Shown one piece after another: positions 9,863 through 20,994 of a DNA stretch of 64,000 bases. The number at the start of each line of letters is the position of its first letter. Positions within the stretch are counted from its first letter, which is position 1. The stretch is from an uncultured virus (IMG/VR IMGVR_UViG_3300030333_006991) (Duplodnaviria > Heunggongvirae > Uroviricota > Caudoviricetes), in IMG/VR virus record IMGVR_UViG_3300030333_006991; one strand, 5' to 3'. Both the position numbers and the translations under genes were made by a program. The notes beneath the pieces were generated by a model that saw only the letters and a program-made list of their open reading frames with translations, was not told the origin of the DNA and made no database searches.

Positions 9863-10537
9863 ATGCGGTATGACCTTCGATATGATGCACCGCTCCCTGT
9901 TTTGGGTTGGGGCCAAGTTATGAAGGAGATAGAGCGAGATTTCGTGCTTGAAATCGTTAATCCCTTCATTAACGATAAAAACTTAGGCTCCGCAAAGATG
10001 ATGAAAACTCTTTTAGACGAAAAATTGTCGCCCTTCACAGCCCACTTTTTTAGTCCACTTTCTTATTTGAAAAAAATTGAGCAATTAGAGAATCCTATCT
10101 TTTGGGTGATTACCACTAAACCGTTGTCGGGTATCTATGAAAAGGAATATCCGAGAGAGATTTCTTGGGGGTTTATCATTCCAAAAAATACGGCTGATAT
10201 TACTGCCCATGAAGTAATCATTGATTGGCGAGGCAGCCTTAGGTGGTCCGCTCCGAAAAACCTACTTGAAACAGGAAAGGTTTGGGTTGTAGACCCTTAT
10301 GAAAATGCTGATGCTATCATTTTGGGACAGATAATGGATGAGTCGCATGATTCTCAAGAGCATTTCAACAATTTGTGGGAGAACAGGGAGACAAATGGAT
10401 ATTGGACACGACATAATTTCGGTTATCCGAAAGTGAACCAAAGCACACAATACAAATACAATTCTAAAATGTTAGTCGTGCCTTTAGGAACACATGAGTT
10501 TACTGATACTTTGGGTTTATTGAATTGGGAGTGGTAA
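9863..10537 (+). CDS. Hypothetical protein, C-terminal GLLNWEW
   Basis: ATG 9863 follows GGAGGTGG; ends LGLLNWEW*. Confidence 0.75.
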   Translation: MRYDLRYDAPLPVLGWGQVMKEIERDFVLEIVNPFINDKNLGSAKMMKTLLDEKLSPFTAHFFSPLSYLKKIEQLENPIFWVITTKPLSGIYEKEYPREISWGFIIPKNTADITAHEVIIDWRGSLRWSAPKNLLETGKVWVVDPYENADAIILGQIMDESHDSQEHFNNLWENRETNGYWTRHNFGYPKVNQSTQYKYNSKMLVVPLGTHEFTDTLGLLNWEW

Positions 10538-10538
10538 A

Positions 10539-11579
10539 GTGAGTGAGAAACCAACTAAAATAACTTCAACAGATTTCCTTGACCCTCTTTCGGCTGATAT
10601 GAGGCTTACTCAGCAGTTGATGGAACAACTTCCCGCTTCTCGTAAACAGCAAAGATTGAAAAATAAATCTGCCTTTTTGTATGTTCAATTTTTTCAACAA
10701 TGTAGAAAGCAAATGAAAAATTGGCTTAGTAGTGGTTTTATCTTCAAAGAACCTGAAGTGATACTTCATCCTGAGCGATGGGCCGAGGCTGAGAAGTTTA
10801 CTTTAAGCCAAGAATTTTATCAAATACAAAGTCATGGAGATGTAAATGAAACTCCTCGTAAGGCTCTTTTACAGAGTGCGATTCTACGATGTAAAAGTGT
10901 TCCATTTGAGTTAAACTTAGAACAGTTGGCTCCATATCAAACAAAAGAAGAAAGAATTGAAAACACAGCCTTTTTACCGAAAGATAAGGTAGAAGTATTG
11001 GAAGATTGTCTCAGACGGATAGAAGTGTTCAATCGAGATTTCAGCACAAGAAATCCTTCCGTATGTGTGTTAAAGGAATTCCGACCACGCATAAGGAAAG
11101 AATTAAAGGAAAGTGTATACAAGGATTACGATGGAAGTCCTGATATTCATAGTTTCCGAGGGTCACTGACCATGACGGTATGGTTTTTAACAGCCCGAAA
11201 AACATTCTTTCAAGTGAAAATGGAGTGGAAAAGCGAAAACAATCAAGTGCGTTACACTTTTACAGAGCATGACTCACACCATCTTATAGGTCGTTTCTGT
11301 GATAAATATTTTAACTATCTTCAAGAGCAACTTCGTTATCAAACGAGCCTTGCAGAGAAAATTAACAATGTGGAGGACGATTGGAAGGTCATGGGGGGTG
11401 ATGATGATGATGATGAATGGAGTTTTGAAAGTTTTCTTTTGCCGATTAAGGAACAAAGTGATAAATATTGGGATGAAGCGCATGAACGACAACATTACCC
11501 GTGGAGACAATGGCCTCGGATTCTTCAAGTGCGGCCTGAAAGAGGTGGCTTAGGCTTGTTAAATTGGTTCCAATTGTGA
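10539..11579 (+). CDS. Hypothetical protein, C-terminal GLLNWF
   Basis: Ends LGLLNWFQL*. Confidence 0.75.
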   Translation: MSEKPTKITSTDFLDPLSADMRLTQQLMEQLPASRKQQRLKNKSAFLYVQFFQQCRKQMKNWLSSGFIFKEPEVILHPERWAEAEKFTLSQEFYQIQSHGDVNETPRKALLQSAILRCKSVPFELNLEQLAPYQTKEERIENTAFLPKDKVEVLEDCLRRIEVFNRDFSTRNPSVCVLKEFRPRIRKELKESVYKDYDGSPDIHSFRGSLTMTVWFLTARKTFFQVKMEWKSENNQVRYTFTEHDSHHLIGRFCDKYFNYLQEQLRYQTSLAEKINNVEDDWKVMGGDDDDDEWSFESFLLPIKEQSDKYWDEAHERQHYPWRQWPRILQVRPERGGLGLLNWFQL

Positions 11580-11610
11580 AATGAGCATCTTTTACTTATG
11601 AATACGAGCC

Positions 11611-11620
11611 TTCTTATAGT
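11611..11620 (+). promoter_or_regulatory. TTCTTATAGT promoter motif
   Basis: One of nine YTCTTATAGT copies, each 29-55 nt upstream of a start codon. Confidence 0.7.
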
Positions 11621-11660
11621 TTCGATTACTACTTGTATTAGAGGAAACAGTGGGTTTCCT

Positions 11661-13310
<1,650 letters not shown>

Positions 13311-13321
13311 GAAGCGTGAGT

Positions 13322-13331
13322 TTCTTATAGT
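13322..13331 (+). promoter_or_regulatory. TTCTTATAGT promoter motif
   Basis: 39 nt upstream of ATG 13361; GAGGTG RBS lies between. Confidence 0.75.
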
Positions 13332-13360
13332 CGCCCCTCGTAGTAAGGAGAGGTGACTCT

Positions 13361-14251
13361 ATGCCTTATCAATCTCTTAGTGTGGAACAAGGTGATTTGC
13401 AGTTACAAACAGGTAGTGAAATTATTCAAGAGTTTCAAGACGCTTTGATGGACTCAACAATCATCACTATACCTGATGAACCTTCAGACACCACAGGCGT
13501 ATGGTTGCCTGAATATGTGGTATATCCTTACAAAGAATTAGACGAGTTTTCATTTCCTGTGTCGGTAGAATACAAAGATGAATTAGACGGCTCTGCACTC
13601 AATCGAGATATGAGAAAGAAAAAACCTGATGTCCGAGCAGTTTTGACCGCTTCATTAGCGAATAAATCCGAAGATTGGGAAGACGACCCATTCACAGGTC
13701 CGAGAGACAGAATTGAGTATACTCTTCGCTTTTTCACAAACGATAAAAGAGAATCAAGTGCGTATAAGTGGGAACCCACAGAAACCTTCCTCGATATTAT
13801 TCCTAAAGGAATGATGGAAATAAATGAATTAAGTCCTGAAGGTCGGGAAGCAAATAAATCGTTACGAGAGATGACGGGTGATTTTCAAGGAGGTAAAATG
13901 ACTCCTTATCTGAAAGATACTTTCACAATAAAAAAGAGTTATCAGAGGAACAGTAGGGGAAAAATGGTGTTGGTAGAATCACGCCCTTACGATGGAAGCA
14001 AGCGTATGGTTCATACCGAAATATCTTTCCCACCTCATAATACCCCTTTAACGAGGGAGGTATTCAAATCTGTGATGAATACGGAAAAGGATGAAAAAGA
14101 GGTCTTTGAAATGCAAAATCTCTACACATATCAGAATCCTACTACGGGTTCTTCCCCCCGATTTGTATGGGTTCCTCGGAAAATTACAGGATTGCTTAAT
14201 TGGGTTTCCCTGAGAGGAAGAGGGTTTTCTAACACTGAAAAGGAGATGTAA
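13361..14251 (+). CDS. Hypothetical protein, near-C-terminal GLLNWVSL
   Basis: ITGLLNWVSLRGRGFSNTEKEM*. Confidence 0.7.
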   Translation: MPYQSLSVEQGDLQLQTGSEIIQEFQDALMDSTIITIPDEPSDTTGVWLPEYVVYPYKELDEFSFPVSVEYKDELDGSALNRDMRKKKPDVRAVLTASLANKSEDWEDDPFTGPRDRIEYTLRFFTNDKRESSAYKWEPTETFLDIIPKGMMEINELSPEGREANKSLREMTGDFQGGKMTPYLKDTFTIKKSYQRNSRGKMVLVESRPYDGSKRMVHTEISFPPHNTPLTREVFKSVMNTEKDEKEVFEMQNLYTYQNPTTGSSPRFVWVPRKITGLLNWVSLRGRGFSNTEKEM

Positions 14252-14255
14252 AAGT

Positions 14256-16415
14256 ATGGCAGACCTATTTGGGACTAAAGGGTTAGGCGGATTCGCCTAT
14301 TACGATAGAATGCCCGATTTAGGACGGCCTACTTCTGCTGACTCCGACCAATCAAATATCGCTGCACCTTTCGTAGTCGTATTCGATAAAAGAGGGGTGC
14401 GAAGTATCGCTAATGTCGGCACGGATATGGAAGAAAATCAACAAGGGATAAGCCCTCAAATGAAGATGTCTAAAAGTAAATCAGATATACATTATTTTTT
14501 CATCTTTTTACGACCCACCCAAGCGAGGAAAGCGGAACAATTATGGCTTGATGCCGAGTATTGTGACCTTTACGACTACCTAAAAGAAATCGCTCTTACT
14601 GAAGAAGGGGCTTTTGGGGGGGAAGAGGGAGAGGAATATCCACTTCAAGGAAGCATTAAACACAAATCGTGGAAACACAATGTAGGTGCATGGTTTGTAG
14701 AAAAAGACATCCGAGCCACAGAAGCCGTTATGCAGATTCATTGTGAGCCTGAAGAAGAAGAAGAACCTGAAAAGCCGTCTTTAGGAAGCCTTAATTGGGT
14801 GAGTTTTAGTAGCGAGAATAAAGTGCAAGGTCGGATTGGTCTATTTGGACATGAGTTTTTAGTTTGGGGAGCAAGAGATGGTAGGAGTCGAGTGCTTGGC
14901 TATCCTATGGAGGATTGGATTTGGGATGAGGGAGAATTTGAAGATAAAGAAGAATATATGGAGTTTATACGCCAAGTAGAACAGTTTGGAGCGTATTCTC
15001 TTCACCATGAGATATGGGATGACGAGACAGAGGAGTGGGAATACATAGACAGCATCACAGGAATCGTCCCAAGTGTGGATTACGACCTCATCCAAGCCGC
15101 CCATGAGTTTTTCGATTTGAAAAATCCGATTCTTTTAGGTGGAATGAATTGGATTTCTTTGCGAGCCGAAGATTTTCCTGAAGATGAAATAGGCTTGTTG
15201 AATTGGCGATGGGATGGTTGGAACAGATTGGATGATGAGGATGATTGGCTCCAAATGTGGGAAGATTGGGATTGGGACGATGATGGGTTTGAGAAAATAC
15301 ACACTCCAACCCCTGCTGCGGCTGCGGCTGCTGAAACATTCCAAGCCTACACTATTGGCGACACCTATACTGCTGATGAGGTGTATGAAATTGCTTCTTC
15401 AAGTCAAATGAGAGGACCGCAAAGTTGGGATTATCAACATTATGAAAATCCTGAGGATGACCGTTTGTTGAGAAGCATTCTGCGAACCCCTGAATGGGAA
15501 ATCATCAGATTTGATGAAAGAGTATTGAGGGAAAAACCTATCACTCATGCTGATTGTTGGATTGGGACATTCTATTGGCCTAAACCTATTCGTAGTAACA
15601 CTCCTATCGTTATTCAAAATGGAACCGTAGTTGATGGAAACCATCGTTTAGCGTCTGCTTTGACTTGGGGGCAAAGTGTGTTAGCATTTGTCCCTAAAGG
15701 AGAAGAATGGTGGATTGAGTGGTTCGATGAGGATGAAATGAAAGATTGGAATGATGAGTTGGATGAATTGTTAGGCTCAAGAACACAATCAGGCGTAAAC
15801 TCTAAATACTCCTCCCGAAGTGGGACTGATGTAGAGGAGTTTAGTGTGCCGTTCATAGATATATCAAATCAAGATGCTGATGGCGTTCCAACAGAGGAAA
15901 TCATTTGTGTAGACCATTTGTATCATGGTCAATATTCAATGGGAGGTGAAGAGATTACGGCTCACAGTCCTTATTGGTCGCCTAATCTCGATTTCGCTTT
16001 AGGTCACGCTCTTTTCGGAGCCGAATTAGAGAAAATGGTTCCTGCAACTCGTTGTGAATACTGTTACGAAGGGTGTGATAAGTGTGAAGAGGGGTGGGTG
16101 CTTCTGAATCGAGAAACAGACGATATTATCCCTCAAACAATGCCTATGGTTCTTCAACTTAATTTCGATACCGAAGAAGAGATTTGTTTCGCTCAAGATA
16201 TAGAGCATGAAAAGGGGCAATCCTATGTTCTTTACGGAGAATCTTCGGGATGGGAAATAGTCCCATCAAATCAACTGATTCCAATTCTTGAAAGATGGCT
16301 TGAAGACGAGGAAATACCTGAAGATATTCTTTTCGACACAGGAGCAGGATATGTTTCCGATGACCGAATTGTATGGAACCGAGTGGAACAAGCGATTCAA
16401 CAACTGCAAAATTAG
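14256..16415 (+). CDS. Modular acidic protein: three internal GxxNW motifs, ParB/Srx-like domain, possible ART-like and Zn-ribbon module
   Basis: GSLNWVSF, GGMNWISL, GLLNWRW; PIVIQNGTVVDGNHRLASA; LYHG...YWSPNLDFA; CEYC..GCDKC. Confidence 0.65.
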   Translation: MADLFGTKGLGGFAYYDRMPDLGRPTSADSDQSNIAAPFVVVFDKRGVRSIANVGTDMEENQQGISPQMKMSKSKSDIHYFFIFLRPTQARKAEQLWLDAEYCDLYDYLKEIALTEEGAFGGEEGEEYPLQGSIKHKSWKHNVGAWFVEKDIRATEAVMQIHCEPEEEEEPEKPSLGSLNWVSFSSENKVQGRIGLFGHEFLVWGARDGRSRVLGYPMEDWIWDEGEFEDKEEYMEFIRQVEQFGAYSLHHEIWDDETEEWEYIDSITGIVPSVDYDLIQAAHEFFDLKNPILLGGMNWISLRAEDFPEDEIGLLNWRWDGWNRLDDEDDWLQMWEDWDWDDDGFEKIHTPTPAAAAAAETFQAYTIGDTYTADEVYEIASSSQMRGPQSWDYQHYENPEDDRLLRSILRTPEWEIIRFDERVLREKPITHADCWIGTFYWPKPIRSNTPIVIQNGTVVDGNHRLASALTWGQSVLAFVPKGEEWWIEWFDEDEMKDWNDELDELLGSRTQSGVNSKYSSRSGTDVEEFSVPFIDISNQDADGVPTEEIICVDHLYHGQYSMGGEEITAHSPYWSPNLDFALGHALFGAELEKMVPATRCEYCYEGCDKCEEGWVLLNRETDDIIPQTMPMVLQLNFDTEEEICFAQDIEHEKGQSYVLYGESSGWEIVPSNQLIPILERWLEDEEIPEDILFDTGAGYVSDDRIVWNRVEQAIQQLQN

Positions 16416-16482
16416 GTAAAAAGGACGCAATCAAAGCATACATTCAAATGGTCGTTTACATTATTTAGAGGTGGAGATACAC

Positions 16483-17007
16483 ATGGGAGAAATCATGGAT
16501 GAATTGTTTGCCCTTGTAATGGAAAATGATTACCGTAATATTGAAAGATTTACCGCTCAATTGATTTCCGAGTCATTTGAGAACCCTATGTTTGCATGGG
16601 AATGGAAAGACGACCCTCGGAGAGAAGCGATAATTTTTTCCCTGACTTATTTGTATACTCGCCCCAATGATGAAATGATTCAAGATGTGGGGGATATATT
16701 CACATTTATGTCGAATACAGAAGCCTTCATTGAATACATTCGCTTCATCGAAACTTCGGAAGGAATAACAGGATGGATTAGGCTTTACAATGAGTTGGCC
16801 GAGTATCACCATGTAGATATTGAAATCCCTGATACCCTACTTGCAGGTTACGAAGCGTTTGTGGAAATGAACGATTTTCAGCACCCTCTTTTAGATGCCA
16901 TGTCTCACTTTTTCGTGAACACGGAAAAAGACGAAGATTTTGAAGTTGTAGAAGTGGCTGAAACCGAAGAAGTTTTCGGAGAAGGGTTTGCGGAAGAGTG
17001 GGCATAA
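16483..17007 (+). CDS. Acidic hypothetical protein
   Basis: ORF with GGTGGAG RBS. Confidence 0.6.
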   Translation: MGEIMDELFALVMENDYRNIERFTAQLISESFENPMFAWEWKDDPRREAIIFSLTYLYTRPNDEMIQDVGDIFTFMSNTEAFIEYIRFIETSEGITGWIRLYNELAEYHHVDIEIPDTLLAGYEAFVEMNDFQHPLLDAMSHFFVNTEKDEDFEVVEVAETEEVFGEGFAEEWA

Positions 17008-17048
17008 CTCTAAATACTAAATGTGTGAAGTAAGATTAGTGATTTACT

Positions 17049-17369
17049 ATGTGGGAAGATGATTGGTTTACATGGAGTTTGATGCCGACCCGAAGAACAA
17101 GACAGATGCCGTTTGGAATGACGAATTTCAATGATATTTTCAACCGTCTTGAAAAAATACTCAATGAGGCTACTGTGGAAAGACGCAGGACGCTAACTTT
17201 AACAGTTACAGAAGGCGATAATGACGCTATTGATAAGGCTATTGAAATGCTTGAATCAATGCGAGTTTCTGAGGAAAAGGAAGAAGTTAAGGATTCAAAT
17301 GAAGTGAGTGTCGAGGCTTCGGAAACCCAAGAAAACTTCAATGAAGATTTCAAGGAAGACAACGCATGA
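17049..17369 (+). CDS. Hypothetical protein
   Basis: ORF; start uncertain; CTAAATA box near 17009. Confidence 0.5.
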   Translation: MWEDDWFTWSLMPTRRTRQMPFGMTNFNDIFNRLEKILNEATVERRRTLTLTVTEGDNDAIDKAIEMLESMRVSEEKEEVKDSNEVSVEASETQENFNEDFKEDNA

Positions 17370-17602
17370 TGTTAAGCCTTTCAAGGCGGGATATTCTTCG
17401 ACCCATCTTTGGGTTTGTGGCTGTTCAACCCGCTCTTTTACTGTTTTTCATAGTAGTTTCGGATGATTGGTGGTCTGATTATCTTGCTATTGGATGGCCT
17501 ATGAATATCGTGATTACGATTTGGTTAATTCCATGTTACGCCATATACGAGCGTTTTTGGAACCGAATAGAACAGCGTTCTTATAGTCAATCCGCATCAT
17601 AG
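17366..17602 (+). CDS. Small membrane protein (2 TM)
   Basis: Two hydrophobic segments; ATGA overlap with the previous gene. Confidence 0.55.
   Translation: MMLSLSRRDILRPIFGFVAVQPALLLFFIVVSDDWWSDYLAIGWPMNIVITIWLIPCYAIYERFWNRIEQRSYSQSAS
17578..17587 (+). promoter_or_regulatory. TTCTTATAGT promoter motif
   Basis: 38 nt upstream of ATG 17616. Confidence 0.7.
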
Positions 17603-17615
17603 TGGTGGGATTACT

Positions 17616-19553
17616 ATGGCAGACCCTTATTTCCATAAATTACTATTGCCTAAAGATTTGTTGGGTTTACAATGGAAAAGAGTGGTAATAGGTGAAGAAC
17701 AACTATTGCAGAAAACCTTCTTCACGAAAAATGCCGACAATTTCGCAGAATTGATTACACTTGTTGATGAATTGGAATTAACTCTCGGACATCTTGCTAC
17801 GGTTGTGGCAGATGAAGAACAATACACTGTAACCGTGAGATTGACGACTCACAAATACAAGGTTCCAACAATTATAGATTTCCTTTTCGCTCGCAGATTA
17901 GAGGTTCGTTACCTTAATTCACAAAAAAAAGGGGAAGAACGCCCGTTTTTGTTTATTGATTTTGACGGAACAGTGCGTTGTGTAGTGCAAACTCCTGATG
18001 ACGAGAGTGGAAAATTGGCACGGGCTCCTATCGAATGTGAAGAAGTCGAAGTGTTCCCACAGGTTCGTGAAATCTTACAAAAGGCACGAAATGAAGGCTA
18101 CACTATTATCGGAGTAACCAATCAATCAGGAATTACTCGGAGAGGAATACCGAAAGAAAAAATTGAAGCCTGTATCGAAGAAACGAAACGACAAATAGGG
18201 TTGGAGTTTCCTGTCTACTTTTCCCAAGACCGAGGTGCGCTCTACAAACCTCAGATTGGTATGGGTATTGAAGCCATTACGGAACACGGGCCGATGGATT
18301 TTTCAGAATCTTTAATGGTAGGAGATAACCACAGAGGAGGAGATTGGGGGTTTGCTGAAGGAATGGGTATTCGATTTGAATGGGCGCAAGATTATTTCAA
18401 CTTAACCGATGAGCAAATCGCTTGTTCTACGGTTCCTAAACAAGCATCAATCAAAGGTCGAACCCAAGAAGATAGTCATGCGGAAACAGAACCTCCTCTG
18501 AAAGGAGAAACCACTGAAGCCCCTTACGAGGTGAAAGTGTATGTGCCTTCGACACGCCTCGATGAGGAGATACCCAAAGAGGAATATCGTGAGCGGATTA
18601 AGGAAACACAGGCATTCCTCGCAGATTTGTTTGGAGGTTACACATCTTTAGGTGCTAAAGGTGGTTATGTAAGTGATGTGGAAGGTTTGATTTCTGAGCC
18701 TGTTGTTTTAGTGACTTGTTGGGCAGGACGGCAAGCGTATGAAGATAATTTACCACGCTTGGAAGAGTTTTTGAAGGCTAAAAGAGAAGATTGGGGTCAA
18801 GAAGTGATTGGTTTTGAGTTTGAAAATGATTTCTTCATGTTCCCTGAGTATCAAGAATCATCCTCAGAATTTTTTTTAGCGGAAACTGAGGATAACGCTT
18901 CATGGTATGATGAAGCCGAAAATGGAATTAAGTCGTGGATAAACACTATGCTGACTTTGAGAAATAAAACAGTAGAAGTGGATGGAGAAGTTGTTTTCAA
19001 AGGGTGGGGGTCTGCTGAAGACCACGCTATCGCTGCCGACTATGAAAAATGGTTGTTTGAAAATTGTGAACGATTTGATGTGGAAAAAGGAGAATATTTC
19101 ACTTGCACGATGAGGCATAAGGCTGAGATGAAACAATGCTACCATAATTCCTTGATGTATTCATGGGAAGATTCCGATTCTCAATACTATGAGGGATGGG
19201 TGGTGACTGATGGGCTCAGTATGCCTATTCGACACGCATGGATTGTGAAGGATGGTCAAGTATTTGACCCTACTTTCGATGTATTGAGAGAACAATATGG
19301 TAGAAAAAGAGATGAAAGAATCTGCTACTATGGTGTAGAGATTCCTGAAATGTTTATTTTGCGTTACATTAGTGCTTTTGAGATTTCAGGGCCTTTCTTG
19401 TTTGATTATTATTTTTCACTGAAGGAGGAATATGCACACCGTAGAGATGGCTTCATTTTGAAACAAACACCTGAGAATAGGACTCTTCAAGCCATAACCA
19501 ATTCTTTTATGGGTGAAAGTGTAGACAGGCAACACATTCATAGGTTGAATTGA
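17616..19553 (+). CDS. Fusion protein: pterin-4a-carbinolamine dehydratase-like domain + HAD-IIIA phosphatase (PNKP/GmhB-like) + two further domains
   Basis: LQKTF...H...VTVRLTTH...DFLFARRLE; FIDFDGT, GVTNQSG, KPQIGM and LMVGD HAD motifs; C-terminal QCYHNS...EGW...HAW..DPT module. Confidence 0.75.
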   Translation: MADPYFHKLLLPKDLLGLQWKRVVIGEEQLLQKTFFTKNADNFAELITLVDELELTLGHLATVVADEEQYTVTVRLTTHKYKVPTIIDFLFARRLEVRYLNSQKKGEERPFLFIDFDGTVRCVVQTPDDESGKLARAPIECEEVEVFPQVREILQKARNEGYTIIGVTNQSGITRRGIPKEKIEACIEETKRQIGLEFPVYFSQDRGALYKPQIGMGIEAITEHGPMDFSESLMVGDNHRGGDWGFAEGMGIRFEWAQDYFNLTDEQIACSTVPKQASIKGRTQEDSHAETEPPLKGETTEAPYEVKVYVPSTRLDEEIPKEEYRERIKETQAFLADLFGGYTSLGAKGGYVSDVEGLISEPVVLVTCWAGRQAYEDNLPRLEEFLKAKREDWGQEVIGFEFENDFFMFPEYQESSSEFFLAETEDNASWYDEAENGIKSWINTMLTLRNKTVEVDGEVVFKGWGSAEDHAIAADYEKWLFENCERFDVEKGEYFTCTMRHKAEMKQCYHNSLMYSWEDSDSQYYEGWVVTDGLSMPIRHAWIVKDGQVFDPTFDVLREQYGRKRDERICYYGVEIPEMFILRYISAFEISGPFLFDYYFSLKEEYAHRRDGFILKQTPENRTLQAITNSFMGESVDRQHIHRLN

Positions 19554-19590
19554 TATAGTGGCACGGTTACATTAAGGAGAGGCGGTATTT

Positions 19591-19959
19591 ATGGAACAGA
19601 TTAACAATCCTTTCAGTAATTTAGGACCTATGGTTCTTTTAGGAGCGGTAGTAGGGTCTGTGGGTGCAGAAATTGTTGCCCCTCACGCCTATGGTTTACA
19701 TCTTTTTCAATCCACATATATGACTTTGGATGATGGTTCTCGCATTCATATACACCATTGGGTGTGGGCTCTAATGGGGATGGGTCTTTACGCTATCCGA
19801 CCTTTTACGACTCGATGGCTTAATTCAATGGTCGTTGGGGTTCTTTTAGGAATATTTGCACAAGGAGTTTCCTACTCTACAAGTCACTTGATGCTTTACG
19901 ACCCTGAGGGTTTCCGTGACTATCGTGCGGAGACAGTAGGGGGAGAGGCTCATGGTTGA
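19591..19959 (+). CDS. Small membrane protein (HIHHW motif)
   Basis: Three hydrophobic segments; GGAGAGG RBS. Confidence 0.6.
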   Translation: MEQINNPFSNLGPMVLLGAVVGSVGAEIVAPHAYGLHLFQSTYMTLDDGSRIHIHHWVWALMGMGLYAIRPFTTRWLNSMVVGVLLGIFAQGVSYSTSHLMLYDPEGFRDYRAETVGGEAHG

Positions 19960-20533
19960 AGCGGAAGACATTCATTTTTCTCGTAAAGGAGTGTTGAATT
20001 GGTGGGCTCAAGATGAGTTGGCTGAGTTGATAAGAGAAACAATGATTTCCAAATTGAGAGAAGGGCCGTTGCCCCACATAGAAGATAGAGCATACATTAA
20101 GCAAAGTCATGCAGACGCATTAGTGGAGGCAGAAAGGTCTTTGGAGGAAGAGTATCGTGCATGGTTCGATGCAAATGTGAGAGTGACCCTTCCTGAAGTA
20201 GTGTCTTCAACCGTAAGGCTAAAAGATGGCACTCCTATCAGTAAACAGTATCGAGGACGCATCAAAGCGAGAGTGCCTCTTTATGATGGCAACCTTGATT
20301 CCGTTTACTACCAACTATTCCAAAGTTTATTGAAATTAGAAGGATATTTTTCTGTGAGGACAGGCTCATACGGCACTTGGAGTATGGAAGTAGTCGCAGA
20401 AGGAAAAAGTAATTTTCATATAGGACAAGAGGTTCAAGATGAATCAATTTATTGGGTTTACGAAGCCGAGAAGGAGGGCGGATTTGGAAGTTTGGGGGAT
20501 TTATTCGGAGCGGAGAATGAGGTGAGGAAATGA
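19952..20533 (+). CDS. Hypothetical protein, N-terminal GVLNWW; paralog of 21539
   Basis: HFSRKGVLNWW...EYRAWFDANVRV...VPLYD. Confidence 0.7.
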   Translation: MVEAEDIHFSRKGVLNWWAQDELAELIRETMISKLREGPLPHIEDRAYIKQSHADALVEAERSLEEEYRAWFDANVRVTLPEVVSSTVRLKDGTPISKQYRGRIKARVPLYDGNLDSVYYQLFQSLLKLEGYFSVRTGSYGTWSMEVVAEGKSNFHIGQEVQDESIYWVYEAEKEGGFGSLGDLFGAENEVRK

Positions 20534-20994
20534 CTCAAGACAGTTTAGAAACACCTGTTTTTCTCGATGGATGGTCTGTCCAACATTTTACGGGTGGAGC
20601 CGTCATTGGTAGTTGGGGAGTAGTTAATTTTTGGCAGTATATTCTTTTACACACTTTGTTTGAAGTGTGGGAAAATACTATTGGGATTGCGGATTGGCAG
20701 AGTTGGGGTTGGAAAAAATATCGTGGCGATTCCATTCTCAACATGATAGGAGATACTGTGAGTGGAGGTGCAGGATTTTATCTGATGGATAGAGCATTAG
20801 GTGGTAAGAGAGCCTCGACACCTATTCTTTTAGGTATACTTGCATTGGGAGCGTTAGTAGCCTACAATCACCCTGAACCCGCAGATGAGGAGTTTTTCGC
20901 TGATAAAGTGCGAAAAGCGATGGTCACAGTCGGAGTAGTAGGGCTTGGAAGTGTGGGTGGTTACTTGTTATTCAAGAGAGAGGTGGAACAATGA
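20530..20994 (+). CDS. Membrane protein, DUF2585-like
   Basis: DGWSVQHF, FEVWEN and GDSILNMIGD motifs plus TM helices. Confidence 0.6.
   Translation: MTQDSLETPVFLDGWSVQHFTGGAVIGSWGVVNFWQYILLHTLFEVWENTIGIADWQSWGWKKYRGDSILNMIGDTVSGGAGFYLMDRALGGKRASTPILLGILALGALVAYNHPEPADEEFFADKVRKAMVTVGVVGLGSVGGYLLFKREVEQ

Noticed and set aside
7450..11579. GLLNW DNA repeats as a CRISPR array or classical integron attC sites
   Set aside because: Spacing is 680-1040 bp of coding sequence, the repeats are not palindromic, and no cas or integrase gene is in the window
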